Below, one piece after another: positions 37,414 through 47,263 of a stretch of DNA of 64,000 nucleotides. The position numbers and the translations under genes are program-made. The notes below the pieces were generated by a model, which worked only from the letters and a program-made list of their open reading frames with translations, had not been told where the DNA came from and ran no database searches. The DNA is from a virus (lineage: Duplodnaviria; Caudoviricetes), in IMG/VR virus record IMGVR_UViG_2775507207_000001, positions 8,017 through 72,016 of that record. One strand, given 5' to 3'. Each line of letters starts with the position of its first letter. The stretch's first letter is position 1.

Positions 37414-37483
37414 GGAATGCCTACCTACCCAAGCATTTGTAAATGAAATACGGACTATTTATTGCTCAGCCAGGAGGCGTGAC

Positions 37484-37822
37484 ATGACAAATGAACAGCA
37501 AGCGTTAGCGGAAATGCCTATCTGGCTGGTGATCGTATTGGCGGTGATCGGCGGGGTCTCAGGTGAAATGTGGCGCGCCGATAAAGAAGGCGCACGTGGC
37601 TGGTCGCTGATCCGCCGATTGGCCCTGCGTTCCGGGGCGTGCATGGTCTGTGGGGTGTCGGCCCTGATGCTGTGCTACGCCGCCGGCATGTCGATCTGGA
37701 CCGCCGGCGCCATTGGTTGCCTGACCGCCATGGCCGGTGCCGACGTGGCCATCGGCCTTTATGAGCGATGGGCGGCCAAGCGCATCGGGATCAACCAAGG
37801 CTCCGGCCAGGACCCGCACTAA
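37484..37822 (+). CDS. Tailocin holin
   Basis: AGGAGG RBS; TM segments; homologous to the prophage holin. Confidence 0.88.
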   Translation: MTNEQQALAEMPIWLVIVLAVIGGVSGEMWRADKEGARGWSLIRRLALRSGACMVCGVSALMLCYAAGMSIWTAGAIGCLTAMAGADVAIGLYERWAAKRIGINQGSGQDPH

Positions 37823-37845
37823 TCGTTGCAAGGACGCGACTTAAA

Positions 37846-38361
37846 ATGACGTTTATCGAAAAGCCATCCCAACTGCCCCAAGCCATCGGCGCGGTGCTGC
37901 ATGCGGCCTTCCCGGACATCAAGGTCGGCAGTCACCAGGACTTTCAAGGCGATGCTGAACAAACCGGCGTAATGGTTACGGTCGAAGGCAATGGCCCGGG
38001 CATTCGTTCTCGCGAGGGGCGCAAGGCCCACGTTCTGGCCATTTCACTCAGGGCCATGGTCGCCCCCGGTGCATTGCCGTTCGACGCCTGCGACCTGGCC
38101 AGCCAACTCATGGACCTGGTGCTGGATAACCGTTGGAACCTACCCCAGGCACAGTGCGATTTGCCGGCGAATATCGTCGCTGCGCCCGCTGTGCGCACGT
38201 CCGTGCAAACGGACTACGACACCTGGACGGTTTCCTTCACGCAAACCCTCTATCTGGGGCCGACGTTACTCGACGATCCCACAGGCCAACCGCTATTTGC
38301 CTGCACCTGGGACGTCTCCAACATCGACGACCCGGCCCAATACAAGCCACTGGCGGAGTAG
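37846..38361 (+). CDS. Tail completion/terminator-like protein
   Basis: WTVSFTQTLYLG; position before the spike gene. Confidence 0.6.
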   Translation: MTFIEKPSQLPQAIGAVLHAAFPDIKVGSHQDFQGDAEQTGVMVTVEGNGPGIRSREGRKAHVLAISLRAMVAPGALPFDACDLASQLMDLVLDNRWNLPQAQCDLPANIVAAPAVRTSVQTDYDTWTVSFTQTLYLGPTLLDDPTGQPLFACTWDVSNIDDPAQYKPLAE

Positions 38362-38364
38362 CCC

Positions 38365-38976
38365 ATGTTCGACGCGCTGTTACGCATGCAATTGGGACCG
38401 ATCGTCGAACGCCTGGCCGAGATGGAGTCCCAGCTCGAGGACCTCTACCGCCGCGCCGAGAGCTTCTGCCGGATCGGTATTTGCCAGCAGGTTGATGCGG
38501 CCAGCAACACCTGCAAGGTCAGCCACGGTGACCTGCTCACCCCGGCGATCCGTTTTTTCAACCCCAGTGCCGGAGCACAAACCGAAACCCGCATTCCCAC
38601 CGTGGGTGAGCAATGCCTGCTGCTCAACTACGGCGGGGGGGAGGGCGGTGTGCAATCCGTGGCCCTGTTCGGCCTTAACAGTGATCGCTTCCCGCCAGTC
38701 TCCAGCGTGGCGACGCTGACCCGGCGCCGACATCAAGACGGCACCCAAAGCGACTACGACGACGCCAGCCATACCTTCAACTGGGTCAACGGCCCGACCA
38801 CCTTCAGCGGTTCCCGCGAACAGGTTGACGTCAAAGTCGGCGCCGCCAGCCTGACCCTCAGCGCCCAGGGCATCACCCTGCAAGTCGGTGGCACCAGCCT
38901 GTTGCTGGATGCCGGCGGCGCGCACTTCAGCGGCCCGGTGGTGGACCATCAAGGACGCGTCATCAGCCCCCGATAA
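38365..38976 (+). CDS. R-tailocin baseplate spike V
   Basis: RIPTVGEQCLLL OB-fold motif. Confidence 0.85.
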   Translation: MFDALLRMQLGPIVERLAEMESQLEDLYRRAESFCRIGICQQVDAASNTCKVSHGDLLTPAIRFFNPSAGAQTETRIPTVGEQCLLLNYGGGEGGVQSVALFGLNSDRFPPVSSVATLTRRRHQDGTQSDYDDASHTFNWVNGPTTFSGSREQVDVKVGAASLTLSAQGITLQVGGTSLLLDAGGAHFSGPVVDHQGRVISPR

Positions 38977-38985
38977 GGACACCCC

Positions 38986-39318
38986 ATGCTCGGAATCGAT
39001 AGGAACACCGGGGCGGCCGTCGACGACTGGCTGCAATTTGTGCAGCGCGCCACCCGAGCGCTGACCACCCCTGTGGGCACTCGCCAGAAGCGCCCGTTGT
39101 ACGGCTCGCTGATCCCGCAATTGCTCGGCCAAAACCTTGGTGACGACCTGTTGATCCTCGCCCAGAGCCACGCCGCGCAAGCCTTCTACAACACCCACAA
39201 CGGCATCGGCGACTTCGACCCTCAGGTCATCGTCGCCACCCGCCAAGGCGCCGGCCTGCTGTTGCGGTTTGCCGGCACCTGGAAAAACCGCCAACAATCC
39301 TTCGAGGTCGTGACATGA
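38986..39318 (+). CDS. Baseplate W/gp25
   Basis: LTTPVGTRQKRPLYGS. Confidence 0.85.
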   Translation: MLGIDRNTGAAVDDWLQFVQRATRALTTPVGTRQKRPLYGSLIPQLLGQNLGDDLLILAQSHAAQAFYNTHNGIGDFDPQVIVATRQGAGLLLRFAGTWKNRQQSFEVVT

Positions 39319-40310
39319 GCATGCTGATCCCCGGCCAGAACCAACTGGCGGAACCGGCCATCATCAAGGTCGATGAGTTCGAACCGTTGCTGGCCGAATT
39401 CAAAGCGTTTGTCATCGACTACGTCGCCACCCGCGCACCGCAAAGCGCAGCCAAACTCCAGGTCAGCCTCGACAACGAAAGCGAACTGCTGACCCTGGCC
39501 CTGGAAGCCTTTTGCGTGCGTCTGCAAACCCATGAGCGCAAATACAACGCCCGCATCAAGCAGATGCTGGCGTGGTGGGCCACCGGCAGCAACCTGGACG
39601 CACGCCTGGCCGACATGGGCCTGGAACGCCAAGTACTCGACCCAGGCGACCCAGCCGCGTTCCCGCCGGTGCCGCCCACCTTGGAAAGCGACGACGACGC
39701 CCGCCTGCGTTACTACCTGGCGCCCCACGCCCCAGCGGCGGGCTCGCGCATGCAGTATCGCCGTGAAGTGTTCACCTTGGGCGAGCGCCCAGCAGTGAAA
39801 GTGCAAAGTGCGACGCCCGGTGTGGTCACGGTCACCTACACCTTCGACCCGGACGGTTACGCGGCCCAGGTCAAGGACGGCAACGCTCGGCGCACCGCAC
39901 CGGGTGAAGTCATGGTCACTGTGCTTTCCAGGGAGGGCGACGGCACGCCGTCTGCCGACTTGCTTGACGGTGTACGTCGACATTTTGCACGGCCGGATGT
40001 AAGGCCGGAAACCGATCTTGTCAGCGTTCAAGGCGCACAGATTCAACCTTATAAAATTCGCGTGGTGGCCATGATCAACGCCGGCCCAGACTCGGGGCTG
40101 ACCCAAGTGGCGGCGCAGAAACTGCTGCAAGACTACGCAGAGTCCTGCCACCGCCTGGAAGGGCGGGTGGACCCCAGCTGGATCGACTACGCCATCCACA
40201 GTGCTGGCGCTGCGCAACTGCACATCCTCGAACCGCTGGCGCCGATTGTCAGTACCGCGTTCCAGGCCCCGTACTGCACGGGCGTCGAGGTGGAGGTGCG
40301 CACACTATGA
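39315..40310 (+). CDS. Baseplate J
   Basis: ATGSNLD, ESDDDARLR, DVRPETD motifs. Confidence 0.88.
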   Translation: MSMLIPGQNQLAEPAIIKVDEFEPLLAEFKAFVIDYVATRAPQSAAKLQVSLDNESELLTLALEAFCVRLQTHERKYNARIKQMLAWWATGSNLDARLADMGLERQVLDPGDPAAFPPVPPTLESDDDARLRYYLAPHAPAAGSRMQYRREVFTLGERPAVKVQSATPGVVTVTYTFDPDGYAAQVKDGNARRTAPGEVMVTVLSREGDGTPSADLLDGVRRHFARPDVRPETDLVSVQGAQIQPYKIRVVAMINAGPDSGLTQVAAQKLLQDYAESCHRLEGRVDPSWIDYAIHSAGAAQLHILEPLAPIVSTAFQAPYCTGVEVEVRTL

Positions 40311-40945
40311 GTGAACCCAACGCAAGTTTGCTGCCGGCCAACAGCTCGCCGCTGGAAAAGGCCCTGGACCTGGGTTTCGGCAGATTGCTTGAGCGCGTCA
40401 CCCCGCCGTTTCCGGCGCTGATGAACCCGCTGTACACCCCCAGCGAATTCCTGCCTTACCTGGCCGCCGACCGCGGCGTCAGCGAATGGGATGCCGAGGC
40501 CAGCGAAGCGGAAAAACGCCTGACCGTGGCTTTGTCCTGGCAGATCCAGCGCCAGGCAGGTACGCCCAAGGCGCTGAGCCACGCGGTGGAATCATTGGGC
40601 TTCACGCCCAATATCAGCGCCTGGTACCAGCAACGTCCGCTGGGCGTGCCTTACACCTTCGACGTGCAGGCGATCATCGGGCGCAGTTGGTCCAGCGGCG
40701 ACCACAACCGGCTGATTCGCCGCATCAATGCAGCCAAAAGTGAGCGCGATCAGGCGACGATCACCATCGTGCATGAAACCGAAGGCCAGCTCGCGCTCAC
40801 GCAAGTGCTCGACGCGCCTTTAAGCGACGGCGAGTTCTACCTGAACGGCGCGTTGCCGGAATTGGCGCTGGTGGCTCGGCTCAACAGTGCCGGGGTTGCC
40901 CAGCACTACACCATTAACGATTACGACCTCAGGGCGCAGCCATGA
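40307..40945 (+). CDS. Tail protein I
   Basis: SLLPANSSPLE, FLPYLA, AGTPKAL. Confidence 0.85.
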   Translation: MSEPNASLLPANSSPLEKALDLGFGRLLERVTPPFPALMNPLYTPSEFLPYLAADRGVSEWDAEASEAEKRLTVALSWQIQRQAGTPKALSHAVESLGFTPNISAWYQQRPLGVPYTFDVQAIIGRSWSSGDHNRLIRRINAAKSERDQATITIVHETEGQLALTQVLDAPLSDGEFYLNGALPELALVARLNSAGVAQHYTINDYDLRAQP

Positions 40946-41472
40946 CAGATGAAATCACGCGCCTGGTGCGCTTCACCTCCAAAGGTTTGGATGAAGTGCT
41001 ACAGGCAAAGAACCAGGGCCTCAAAGGCGAAATCACCCACATCGGCGCCGGCACCGGCCGCTACAACCCCGACGGCACGGAAGTGGCCTTGCGTGACGAG
41101 CGTCAACGGGTGGCCATCGTCGATTACGAAGACCTGGGCGAACGCCAACTCAGGATGGCCGCGCTATTTGACGGCGACGGCGAGTATGAGATTGGCGAGT
41201 TCGGGTTTTACCTCGCCAGCGGCACCTTGCTGGCGGTGTATTCCGTGGCGGGGAAGTTGCTGACGTATAAAGCGGCGGCGGCGCGGGTGCTGCAGAAGTT
41301 TACGCTGGATGTTTCGCCGTTGCCGGCGGATAGCGTGACGATTGTGGTGGGGAGTGAGAACTTGAATCTGTTGTTGGCGGAGGAGATCGCGATTATGGCG
41401 GCGGCTTCGGTTGGCAATATGTCCCGCCACGTTGATTTGATGTTTCGGGTTATGCAGCTCGAAGCGAAGTAG
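40942..41472 (+). CDS. Tail fiber proximal (collar) protein
   Basis: ITHIGAG...EIGEFGFYLASGTLLAVYS baseplate-attachment domain only (176 aa). Confidence 0.75.
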   Translation: MTDEITRLVRFTSKGLDEVLQAKNQGLKGEITHIGAGTGRYNPDGTEVALRDERQRVAIVDYEDLGERQLRMAALFDGDGEYEIGEFGFYLASGTLLAVYSVAGKLLTYKAAAARVLQKFTLDVSPLPADSVTIVVGSENLNLLLAEEIAIMAAASVGNMSRHVDLMFRVMQLEAK

Positions 41473-41516
41473 TAGCACTGACAAAAGTGCTGGAAAGATT
41501 AACTGACAGGGAGTTG

Positions 41517-42302
41517 ATGATGGGACTTGAAACGACTATCACGAAAGTTGTGGACGCATGTAATAAGCTTACGGAAACGGTTACCAACCAAATTGGGAAG
41601 ATTGATGCGCGGGTAGAGGCCGCTTCAAATCAGTTTACTGCTTGGCGTAATAGTGTGCAGGCGAAGGATATTAATGGTCGTGCGCTTTATAAACAGGATA
41701 TTGATCTCACTGGGTTGTCTACCGACGTATTTTACCCTGTTTGGTGGACTATGCCCGGTAACGAGGCGGGTGAAACAGAAATTACCGTCTCGCGGGTATA
41801 TTATCGAGACCAGGAAAAAGCGCCCTTTGGTCAAGGGATTTATCACATCGCTGGCTTGAACTTGCAGCTTGAGGGTGTCGGATATATATGGAATGGTGAT
41901 GCTAACTTTCTAGCTATTAAGCGGATCTCCCAAACTTACCGTGAAACGGTGAGAGGTGTTTCGTTTGGTATGATTTGTACAGCGCGTGCCATTACTGGGC
42001 TCAAACCTATGTACTTAGGTTTGGTCGCGGGGCAACAAACGAACGCTCCACAGTTTTCTGGGATGTACCTGAGGGGTGGGCTGAGCTATACCATCACTAA
42101 AACGTTTGATTATCCTGTTAACTACAGCAAGTTAGATACTGAAGTGATTATGAAGGATGACGTTAACGCTGATTGGGAAGTTCGTTGGGCGGTGAAACCT
42201 TATAGCTTGACTCAGGCTGACGCTGTGCTCGGCAAAGCCTTTGAAGAGAAGCGCCTGGCCTATTCCCACGATAACGACGCTCGCTATACCGCCAAGGTTT
42301 AA
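41517..42302 (+). CDS. Tail fiber distal / receptor-binding protein
   Basis: N-terminal coiled coil, lower GC, fiber position. Confidence 0.65.
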   Translation: MMGLETTITKVVDACNKLTETVTNQIGKIDARVEAASNQFTAWRNSVQAKDINGRALYKQDIDLTGLSTDVFYPVWWTMPGNEAGETEITVSRVYYRDQEKAPFGQGIYHIAGLNLQLEGVGYIWNGDANFLAIKRISQTYRETVRGVSFGMICTARAITGLKPMYLGLVAGQQTNAPQFSGMYLRGGLSYTITKTFDYPVNYSKLDTEVIMKDDVNADWEVRWAVKPYSLTQADAVLGKAFEEKRLAYSHDNDARYTAKV

Positions 42303-42313
42303 GGACTGATCAA

Positions 42314-42616
42314 ATGACTTTGTTTATCGGAAAGTTGGTAACTCCTGCGGGCGACTCGTTGATCAACGTACCCGCCAGCCCGCAGACCCTCAAAGGTCTG
42401 GGCTTTAGCGATGAGGCCGCTCAGACGCTGATCGAGAACGCCGCGGCCGCAGCCGCACTCGCTAGCACTATTGCTGCCCGCCGTTCTGCCTATGTCAGCG
42501 AAGCTGACCCGATGTACCTCGAATGGCAATTCGACGGTACGGCTGAGAAGGAAAAAGAATGGCGAGCCAAAGTAGCCGAAATCAAGGCGCGCTACCCTTT
42601 GCCAGAAGAAAAGTAA
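42314..42616 (+). CDS. Tail fiber chaperone
   Basis: RRSAY..EADP...W...VAEIKARYP. Confidence 0.75.
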   Translation: MTLFIGKLVTPAGDSLINVPASPQTLKGLGFSDEAAQTLIENAAAAAALASTIAARRSAYVSEADPMYLEWQFDGTAEKEKEWRAKVAEIKARYPLPEEK

Positions 42617-42703
42617 CCCCCACCGCGAAAGCGGTTTTTTTTCGCCTCCCCAAAGCCCCTCCCCGCAGGGGCTTTTGCATTTTCCACCCGGAGATTTCCA
42701 CCC

Positions 42704-42877
42704 ATGCCCACCCGCCAAACCTACACCGTCCTCATCCCATTCCCCATCGGCAACGGCCATTGGTCCACCGCCGGCGAGGAGCTGGAACTGCTCGACGTCG
42801 AAGCATCCGCCCTGCGCACCGCTGGCCGCCTGGAACTGACCAGCGTCCTCAACTCCACCCCCAAGAAGGCTGAATAA
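42704..42877 (+). CDS. Small hypothetical protein (57 aa) before the sheath gene
   Basis: GGAG RBS; MPTRQTYTVLIPFP...KKAE; strong host codon bias; below the ORF track cutoff. Confidence 0.7.
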   Translation: MPTRQTYTVLIPFPIGNGHWSTAGEELELLDVEASALRTAGRLELTSVLNSTPKKAE

Positions 42878-42879
42878 CC

Positions 42880-44046
42880 ATGGCAGAAGTCCTGAACTTC
42901 GAGCACAACGGCATCACTGTGAATGCCACTGAATCCCCCGAGGCCATGGGTGGCCTTGGCGATAACGTCATCGGCCTGGTCGGCACTGCACCGAATGCCC
43001 ATGCGTCGATCCCGAAAAACGCGCCGTTTCGCATCAACAGCTTCACCACCCAGGCGCTGCTGGACCCTACCGGCACCGAGTCGGGCACCTTGTTCCAGGC
43101 GGTGTACCAGATCCTCAAAGTGGTCAAGGTGCCGGTCTATGTCGTGATCGTCGAAGAGGGCGCTACCCCGGCCGACACGATCAACAATGTGATCGGCGGC
43201 AACGACCCGGTCACCGGCCGAAAACTGGGCCTGGCGGCCCTGAGCAGCGTGCCAGAAGACCTGACCATCATCGGCGCTCCAGGCTTTACCGGCACCAAGG
43301 CTGTGGCCGGTGAGTTCGCCTCCTTCGGCAAACGCATCAAGGCCCGTGTGGTGCTCGATGGCAAAGACGCTTCCGTTGCCGACCAAGTGACCTACAGCGG
43401 CGAACTGGGCGGGGCCGACCTGGGCTTCGACCGTTGCCTGCTGGTGCACAACATGCCGTCGGTGTACTCCAAGGCCGCGAAGAAGAACGTGTTCCTGTCG
43501 CCATCCTCGCTGGCCATCGCCGCACTGGCCAAGGTCAAGCAGTGGGAAAGCCCGGGTAATCAGGTGACCTTCGCCGAGGACGTTTCCCGCGTGGTCGAGT
43601 ACAACATCCTCGACACCTCCACCGAAGGCGACCTGCTCAACCGCTATGGCGTGAGCTACTACGCCCGCACCATCCTCGGCGGCTTCTCGCTGCTCGGTAA
43701 CCGCTCCATCACCGGCAAGTTCATCAGCTACGTCGGCCTGGAAGATGCCATCAGCCGCAAGCTGGTCAAGGCCGGCCAGAAAGCCATGGCCAAGAACCTC
43801 ACCAAGTCCTTCATGGACCAAGAGGTCAAGCGCATCAACGACTGGCTGCAAACCCTGGTGGCCGACGAAACCATCCCCGGCGGCAGCGTGTATCTGCACC
43901 CAGAACTGAACAGCGTCGAGAAGTACAAGAACGGCACCTGGTTCATCGTCATCGACTACGGCCGCTACGCGCCGAACGAACACATGGTTTATCAACTCAA
44001 CGCCCGCGATGAAATCATCGAGCAGTTCCTGGAGGACGTTCTCTAA
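42880..44046 (+). CDS. R-tailocin sheath
   Basis: FEHNGI, VIGLVGTAP, WESPGN, LLGNR. Confidence 0.92.
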   Translation: MAEVLNFEHNGITVNATESPEAMGGLGDNVIGLVGTAPNAHASIPKNAPFRINSFTTQALLDPTGTESGTLFQAVYQILKVVKVPVYVVIVEEGATPADTINNVIGGNDPVTGRKLGLAALSSVPEDLTIIGAPGFTGTKAVAGEFASFGKRIKARVVLDGKDASVADQVTYSGELGGADLGFDRCLLVHNMPSVYSKAAKKNVFLSPSSLAIAALAKVKQWESPGNQVTFAEDVSRVVEYNILDTSTEGDLLNRYGVSYYARTILGGFSLLGNRSITGKFISYVGLEDAISRKLVKAGQKAMAKNLTKSFMDQEVKRINDWLQTLVADETIPGGSVYLHPELNSVEKYKNGTWFIVIDYGRYAPNEHMVYQLNARDEIIEQFLEDVL

Positions 44047-44552
44047 TGTTTACCAACCGAGTCAGACAGGCCATTGCGGCCACCCTTCAAGGCCTGCCGT
44101 TGTCCGCAACCGTGGAAGAGTTCACCCCGCCGAAGATCGAGTTCGACATGGAGCCCATGTCCGGCGGGCGCTTTATCGCCGAGGAAATGGCCAAGAGCGG
44201 CAAGGTGCTCAATGCCAAGCTGGTGCTGCAAGGTGCCGGCCCGGAAATCATGCTGGCTCTGGGCGTGCGCATGGGCGACGACATTTTGCTGAACGTGCGT
44301 GAAGCCGGCCAAGACCAGGACGGCAAGACCTACTTCACCTACCACACCGTGGGCGGCAAGCTCAAATCCCTGGAGGAGGCGAAGCTGAAAATGGGCGACA
44401 AGGCCACCACCACGCTGGAGCTGTCCTGCCGCACCTACAACCGTCTGGAAAATGGCATTTCGGTGATCGACATCGATGTGCGCACCCAGAAGTTCGTGCT
44501 CAACGGCGTCGACATTCTGGGCGATGCGCGCCGCGCCGTGCTGATGCCTTAA
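44046..44552 (+). CDS. R-tailocin tube
   Basis: Follows the sheath; 168 aa with FII-like features. Confidence 0.88.
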   Translation: MFTNRVRQAIAATLQGLPLSATVEEFTPPKIEFDMEPMSGGRFIAEEMAKSGKVLNAKLVLQGAGPEIMLALGVRMGDDILLNVREAGQDQDGKTYFTYHTVGGKLKSLEEAKLKMGDKATTTLELSCRTYNRLENGISVIDIDVRTQKFVLNGVDILGDARRAVLMP

Positions 44553-44585
44553 GGGCCGGCGCAATCTGAAGCGAGCACGGTCAAG

Positions 44586-44670
44586 GTGGGAGCTGGCTTG
44601 CCTGCGATGCAGGCGACTCGGTATCCCTGGAGCATCGAGTGGATGCCATCGCAGGCAAGCCAGCTCCCAC
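44586..44670. repeat. REPIN (inverted REP doublet)
   Basis: GTGGGAGCTGGCTTGCCTGCGATG and its perfect reverse complement at 44647-44670. Confidence 0.9.
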
Positions 44671-44733
44671 AGGGGCCGTGCTCAGGTTTAGATTTTTTGC
44701 ACTTTTCAACACCGCTCAACAAGGAATTGCCCC

Positions 44734-45306
44734 ATGGCCTGGATGCCTCCGTTGCACATCCTGCTGTCCCCGATCACCGCCGATACCGGTGCAATGATCG
44801 AGCAGGTTCAACTCAAGCCGTTGTTCTACGCCGCGCAGAAAGACGCGCTGGCCCGGGCCGGTGATGACGAGGACGACCAGTTCTTCGAACTGGCGAAACT
44901 CGCCACCGGCCTGTCGGAAAAAGAGCTCGACCAACTCAAGCGCCCGGACTACGTGAGCATTGCTCAGTACGTACACGAAATGTCGACCCGGCCAGCGTCG
45001 TTCTTCCTGAAGGCACAAGACGTGACGCCCCACGACCAACCCGTCCCTCTGCTCTTGCCCTTGGAAGCCGCTGGCCGAACCTTCACCGAACTGCCCCTGG
45101 AAATGCCCGCCCTGCGCGCTACCAAGGTGATGAAGAAACTCGCCACCAACAAAGAGCGCGCCGAGTTCATCACGGCCCATTGCACCGGCCTGATGATCCC
45201 CGACCTGGCCGGTTTGACCGTGCCCGACTGGACGGAACTGCAGGAGCGTATCGACGATTTTTTAAATCAACCGGCGGCCTTCTTTCGCAGCGCGACATCG
45301 AAGTAA
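44734..45306 (+). CDS. Tail assembly chaperone
   Basis: Position; LDQLKRPDY; T TTT TTA slippery site at 45258-64. Confidence 0.8.
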   Translation: MAWMPPLHILLSPITADTGAMIEQVQLKPLFYAAQKDALARAGDDEDDQFFELAKLATGLSEKELDQLKRPDYVSIAQYVHEMSTRPASFFLKAQDVTPHDQPVPLLLPLEAAGRTFTELPLEMPALRATKVMKKLATNKERAEFITAHCTGLMIPDLAGLTVPDWTELQERIDDFLNQPAAFFRSATSK

Positions 45307-45428
45307 TCCTCGATGTGGTGCCGCTGATCTACTCGGTCAATGAGGCGGAGATCCTCGACTGGGACGCCGGAAAAGCATTGCGCCGCTACGACATCGCGAT
45401 CACTCGCCTTGGCGTCAAACAGGAGTAA
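45258..45428 (+). CDS. -1 frameshift extension of the chaperone
   Basis: Open -1 frame (…ILDVVPLIYSVNEAEILDWD…) downstream of the slippery heptamer. Confidence 0.65.
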   Translation, partial: FFKSTGGLLSQRDIEVILDVVPLIYSVNEAEILDWDAGKALRRYDIAITRLGVKQE

Positions 45429-45433
45429 GCGGG

Positions 45434-47263
45434 ATGCAGGACAATTATTCGCTCGCCTATGCCGTCGCCAGGAATGGCCGGGATGCGTTCGGCAGTACAG
45501 GCGGCGCACGTGACGCCGATATCCTTAGCCCTGGCGCGTTGTCGGTTGGCAGCTCTACCCCGTCAACAGATTTGGCTGACTTGTCCGGAACCGTTGCCGC
45601 ACTCACCAACGCAACGCTCAAACTTGATGAGCTCGCACTGTCGCTCGGCTCATTGCGTGAGGGTGTGGATTCTCTCGACACGGCGCTGTCGTCGCTGAGG
45701 GCCATTGAGGTGCGTTCACCCAAGCTGGGTGAGCAGGCAGAATCGAAGAGGGTGTCTGAATCCGCCTCGACTACCTCAGAGAATTTGCGCCATACCCGCG
45801 AGGCCATGACGCTGGGCACCGCGCAAATAATCGACCTGGCAAGTGCGCTGCAGCATTCAGGCAGCCAACTGAAGTTTGATAAAACCGCAACGTCGGAAAA
45901 GTCGATCAAGGTGCTGCGCGAGGAGTCCAGCGAAAGCGGCAAACGTTTCTCTACGACCCTGGATGCCACGCCGGTATTGGGCGAAGCGCTTTGGCTGAAA
46001 GCCAAGGCGGGCCTGATGGACAGCGCCAGTGACGTGGCTAAAGATTCACCGGCTCTGGCTGGCGCGATTAAAACGGCTGGAGCCATTACGCCGGTGTTTT
46101 CCAGCTTTTTTTCAAGTGTGGGAGACACGATAAAAACCCGCGTTGCTGGCAACGTGGTTGATGCGACGCTGGGTAAGCTTCCCGGTGTTGGCAAGCTGTT
46201 CAAGGATGGCGGTTCTGCGAAAGATAAATCGTGCTGTTGTGCGACGGCCACTCAGCACCCCATCGAAAGTCCTCGTTCGCGCTCGCAGGGCTCGCGCGGG
46301 AAAAAGAGCCCTCGTCAGTCGAAGTCGCAAAAAAAGCAGAGCGTTCAAAACACTCAGCGCGCGCAGATCAGGCAGCAAAAACAGCCGCTAGTGCCCAAGA
46401 CAGCCTCGACCAAACGATCGCCTGCCAGCAAAAAAGGCGGTGTATTTTCGAGGCTGCTAACCAGCCTCGAACGTGATGCAAAGGCATTGTTACCTGCGCC
46501 GTTCTTAGGCTTCGATGCGGGGCGGACGGCTCAAAGGTTGCAACCGCGTGCGGTCGTGGCGAACCGTCCAAGCAAGAGCAGGTCTTCAGGCCAGTCGACA
46601 GCGAGCAGAGGCCCTGGGTTGATCGAGGCAGTAGAGCGCAAGCTTATCCCCTTGCCTTCCGAAGGCCGGGTAACTGCTGCTGCGCCCCATACTCTCCATT
46701 TCAGTCGTGAGGCTTTGCCTGGCCCGCTGAAGATGCCTTCCAACCCGCTGGGAACAGTGAGCAAATTGGGAGTGGCCGGTGCTCGCCGCCTTGGCCCGAT
46801 GAGGTACGCCGACACTGCTTTTGATGTGATTCAGGGCGTACGCAACGGGGATGTCAAGGCGGTCGGGACTGGCCTGAGCAGCGCCGGTGGCGCCTGGGCT
46901 GGAGCGTCCGCCGGTGCCGCGCTCGGTACCCTGGTTTTCCCCGGTGTCGGCACCGCAATCGGCGGCGCCATCGGTGGCCTGCTGGGCAGCGAGGCGGGCA
47001 GCTGGCTGGGTGACAAGGTGTTTGGCGCAAATGATCGCCTACCTGCGCCCAACGCGCTGAGCAAGGAACTCAACAGTGCCCGTACCGACAATGTCCAGGT
47101 CACGCTCTCACCGAGTATCCAGATTACCGGCGTTAACCCGGCGGATGCCCAGCAAGTGGTCAATCAAGTGATCCAGGCCCTGCAGTTCCAATGCGTGCCG
47201 ATGGTCACCGATTCCCTGGGCATTCGACGCAACGCGGCATTGGCCGATCCAGGAGGTGATTGA
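45434..47263 (+). CDS. R-tailocin tape measure-like protein
   Basis: Position between chaperone and U; C-terminal glycine zipper. Confidence 0.75.
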   Translation: MQDNYSLAYAVARNGRDAFGSTGGARDADILSPGALSVGSSTPSTDLADLSGTVAALTNATLKLDELALSLGSLREGVDSLDTALSSLRAIEVRSPKLGEQAESKRVSESASTTSENLRHTREAMTLGTAQIIDLASALQHSGSQLKFDKTATSEKSIKVLREESSESGKRFSTTLDATPVLGEALWLKAKAGLMDSASDVAKDSPALAGAIKTAGAITPVFSSFFSSVGDTIKTRVAGNVVDATLGKLPGVGKLFKDGGSAKDKSCCCATATQHPIESPRSRSQGSRGKKSPRQSKSQKKQSVQNTQRAQIRQQKQPLVPKTASTKRSPASKKGGVFSRLLTSLERDAKALLPAPFLGFDAGRTAQRLQPRAVVANRPSKSRSSGQSTASRGPGLIEAVERKLIPLPSEGRVTAAAPHTLHFSREALPGPLKMPSNPLGTVSKLGVAGARRLGPMRYADTAFDVIQGVRNGDVKAVGTGLSSAGGAWAGASAGAALGTLVFPGVGTAIGGAIGGLLGSEAGSWLGDKVFGANDRLPAPNALSKELNSARTDNVQVTLSPSIQITGVNPADAQQVVNQVIQALQFQCVPMVTDSLGIRRNAALADPGGD

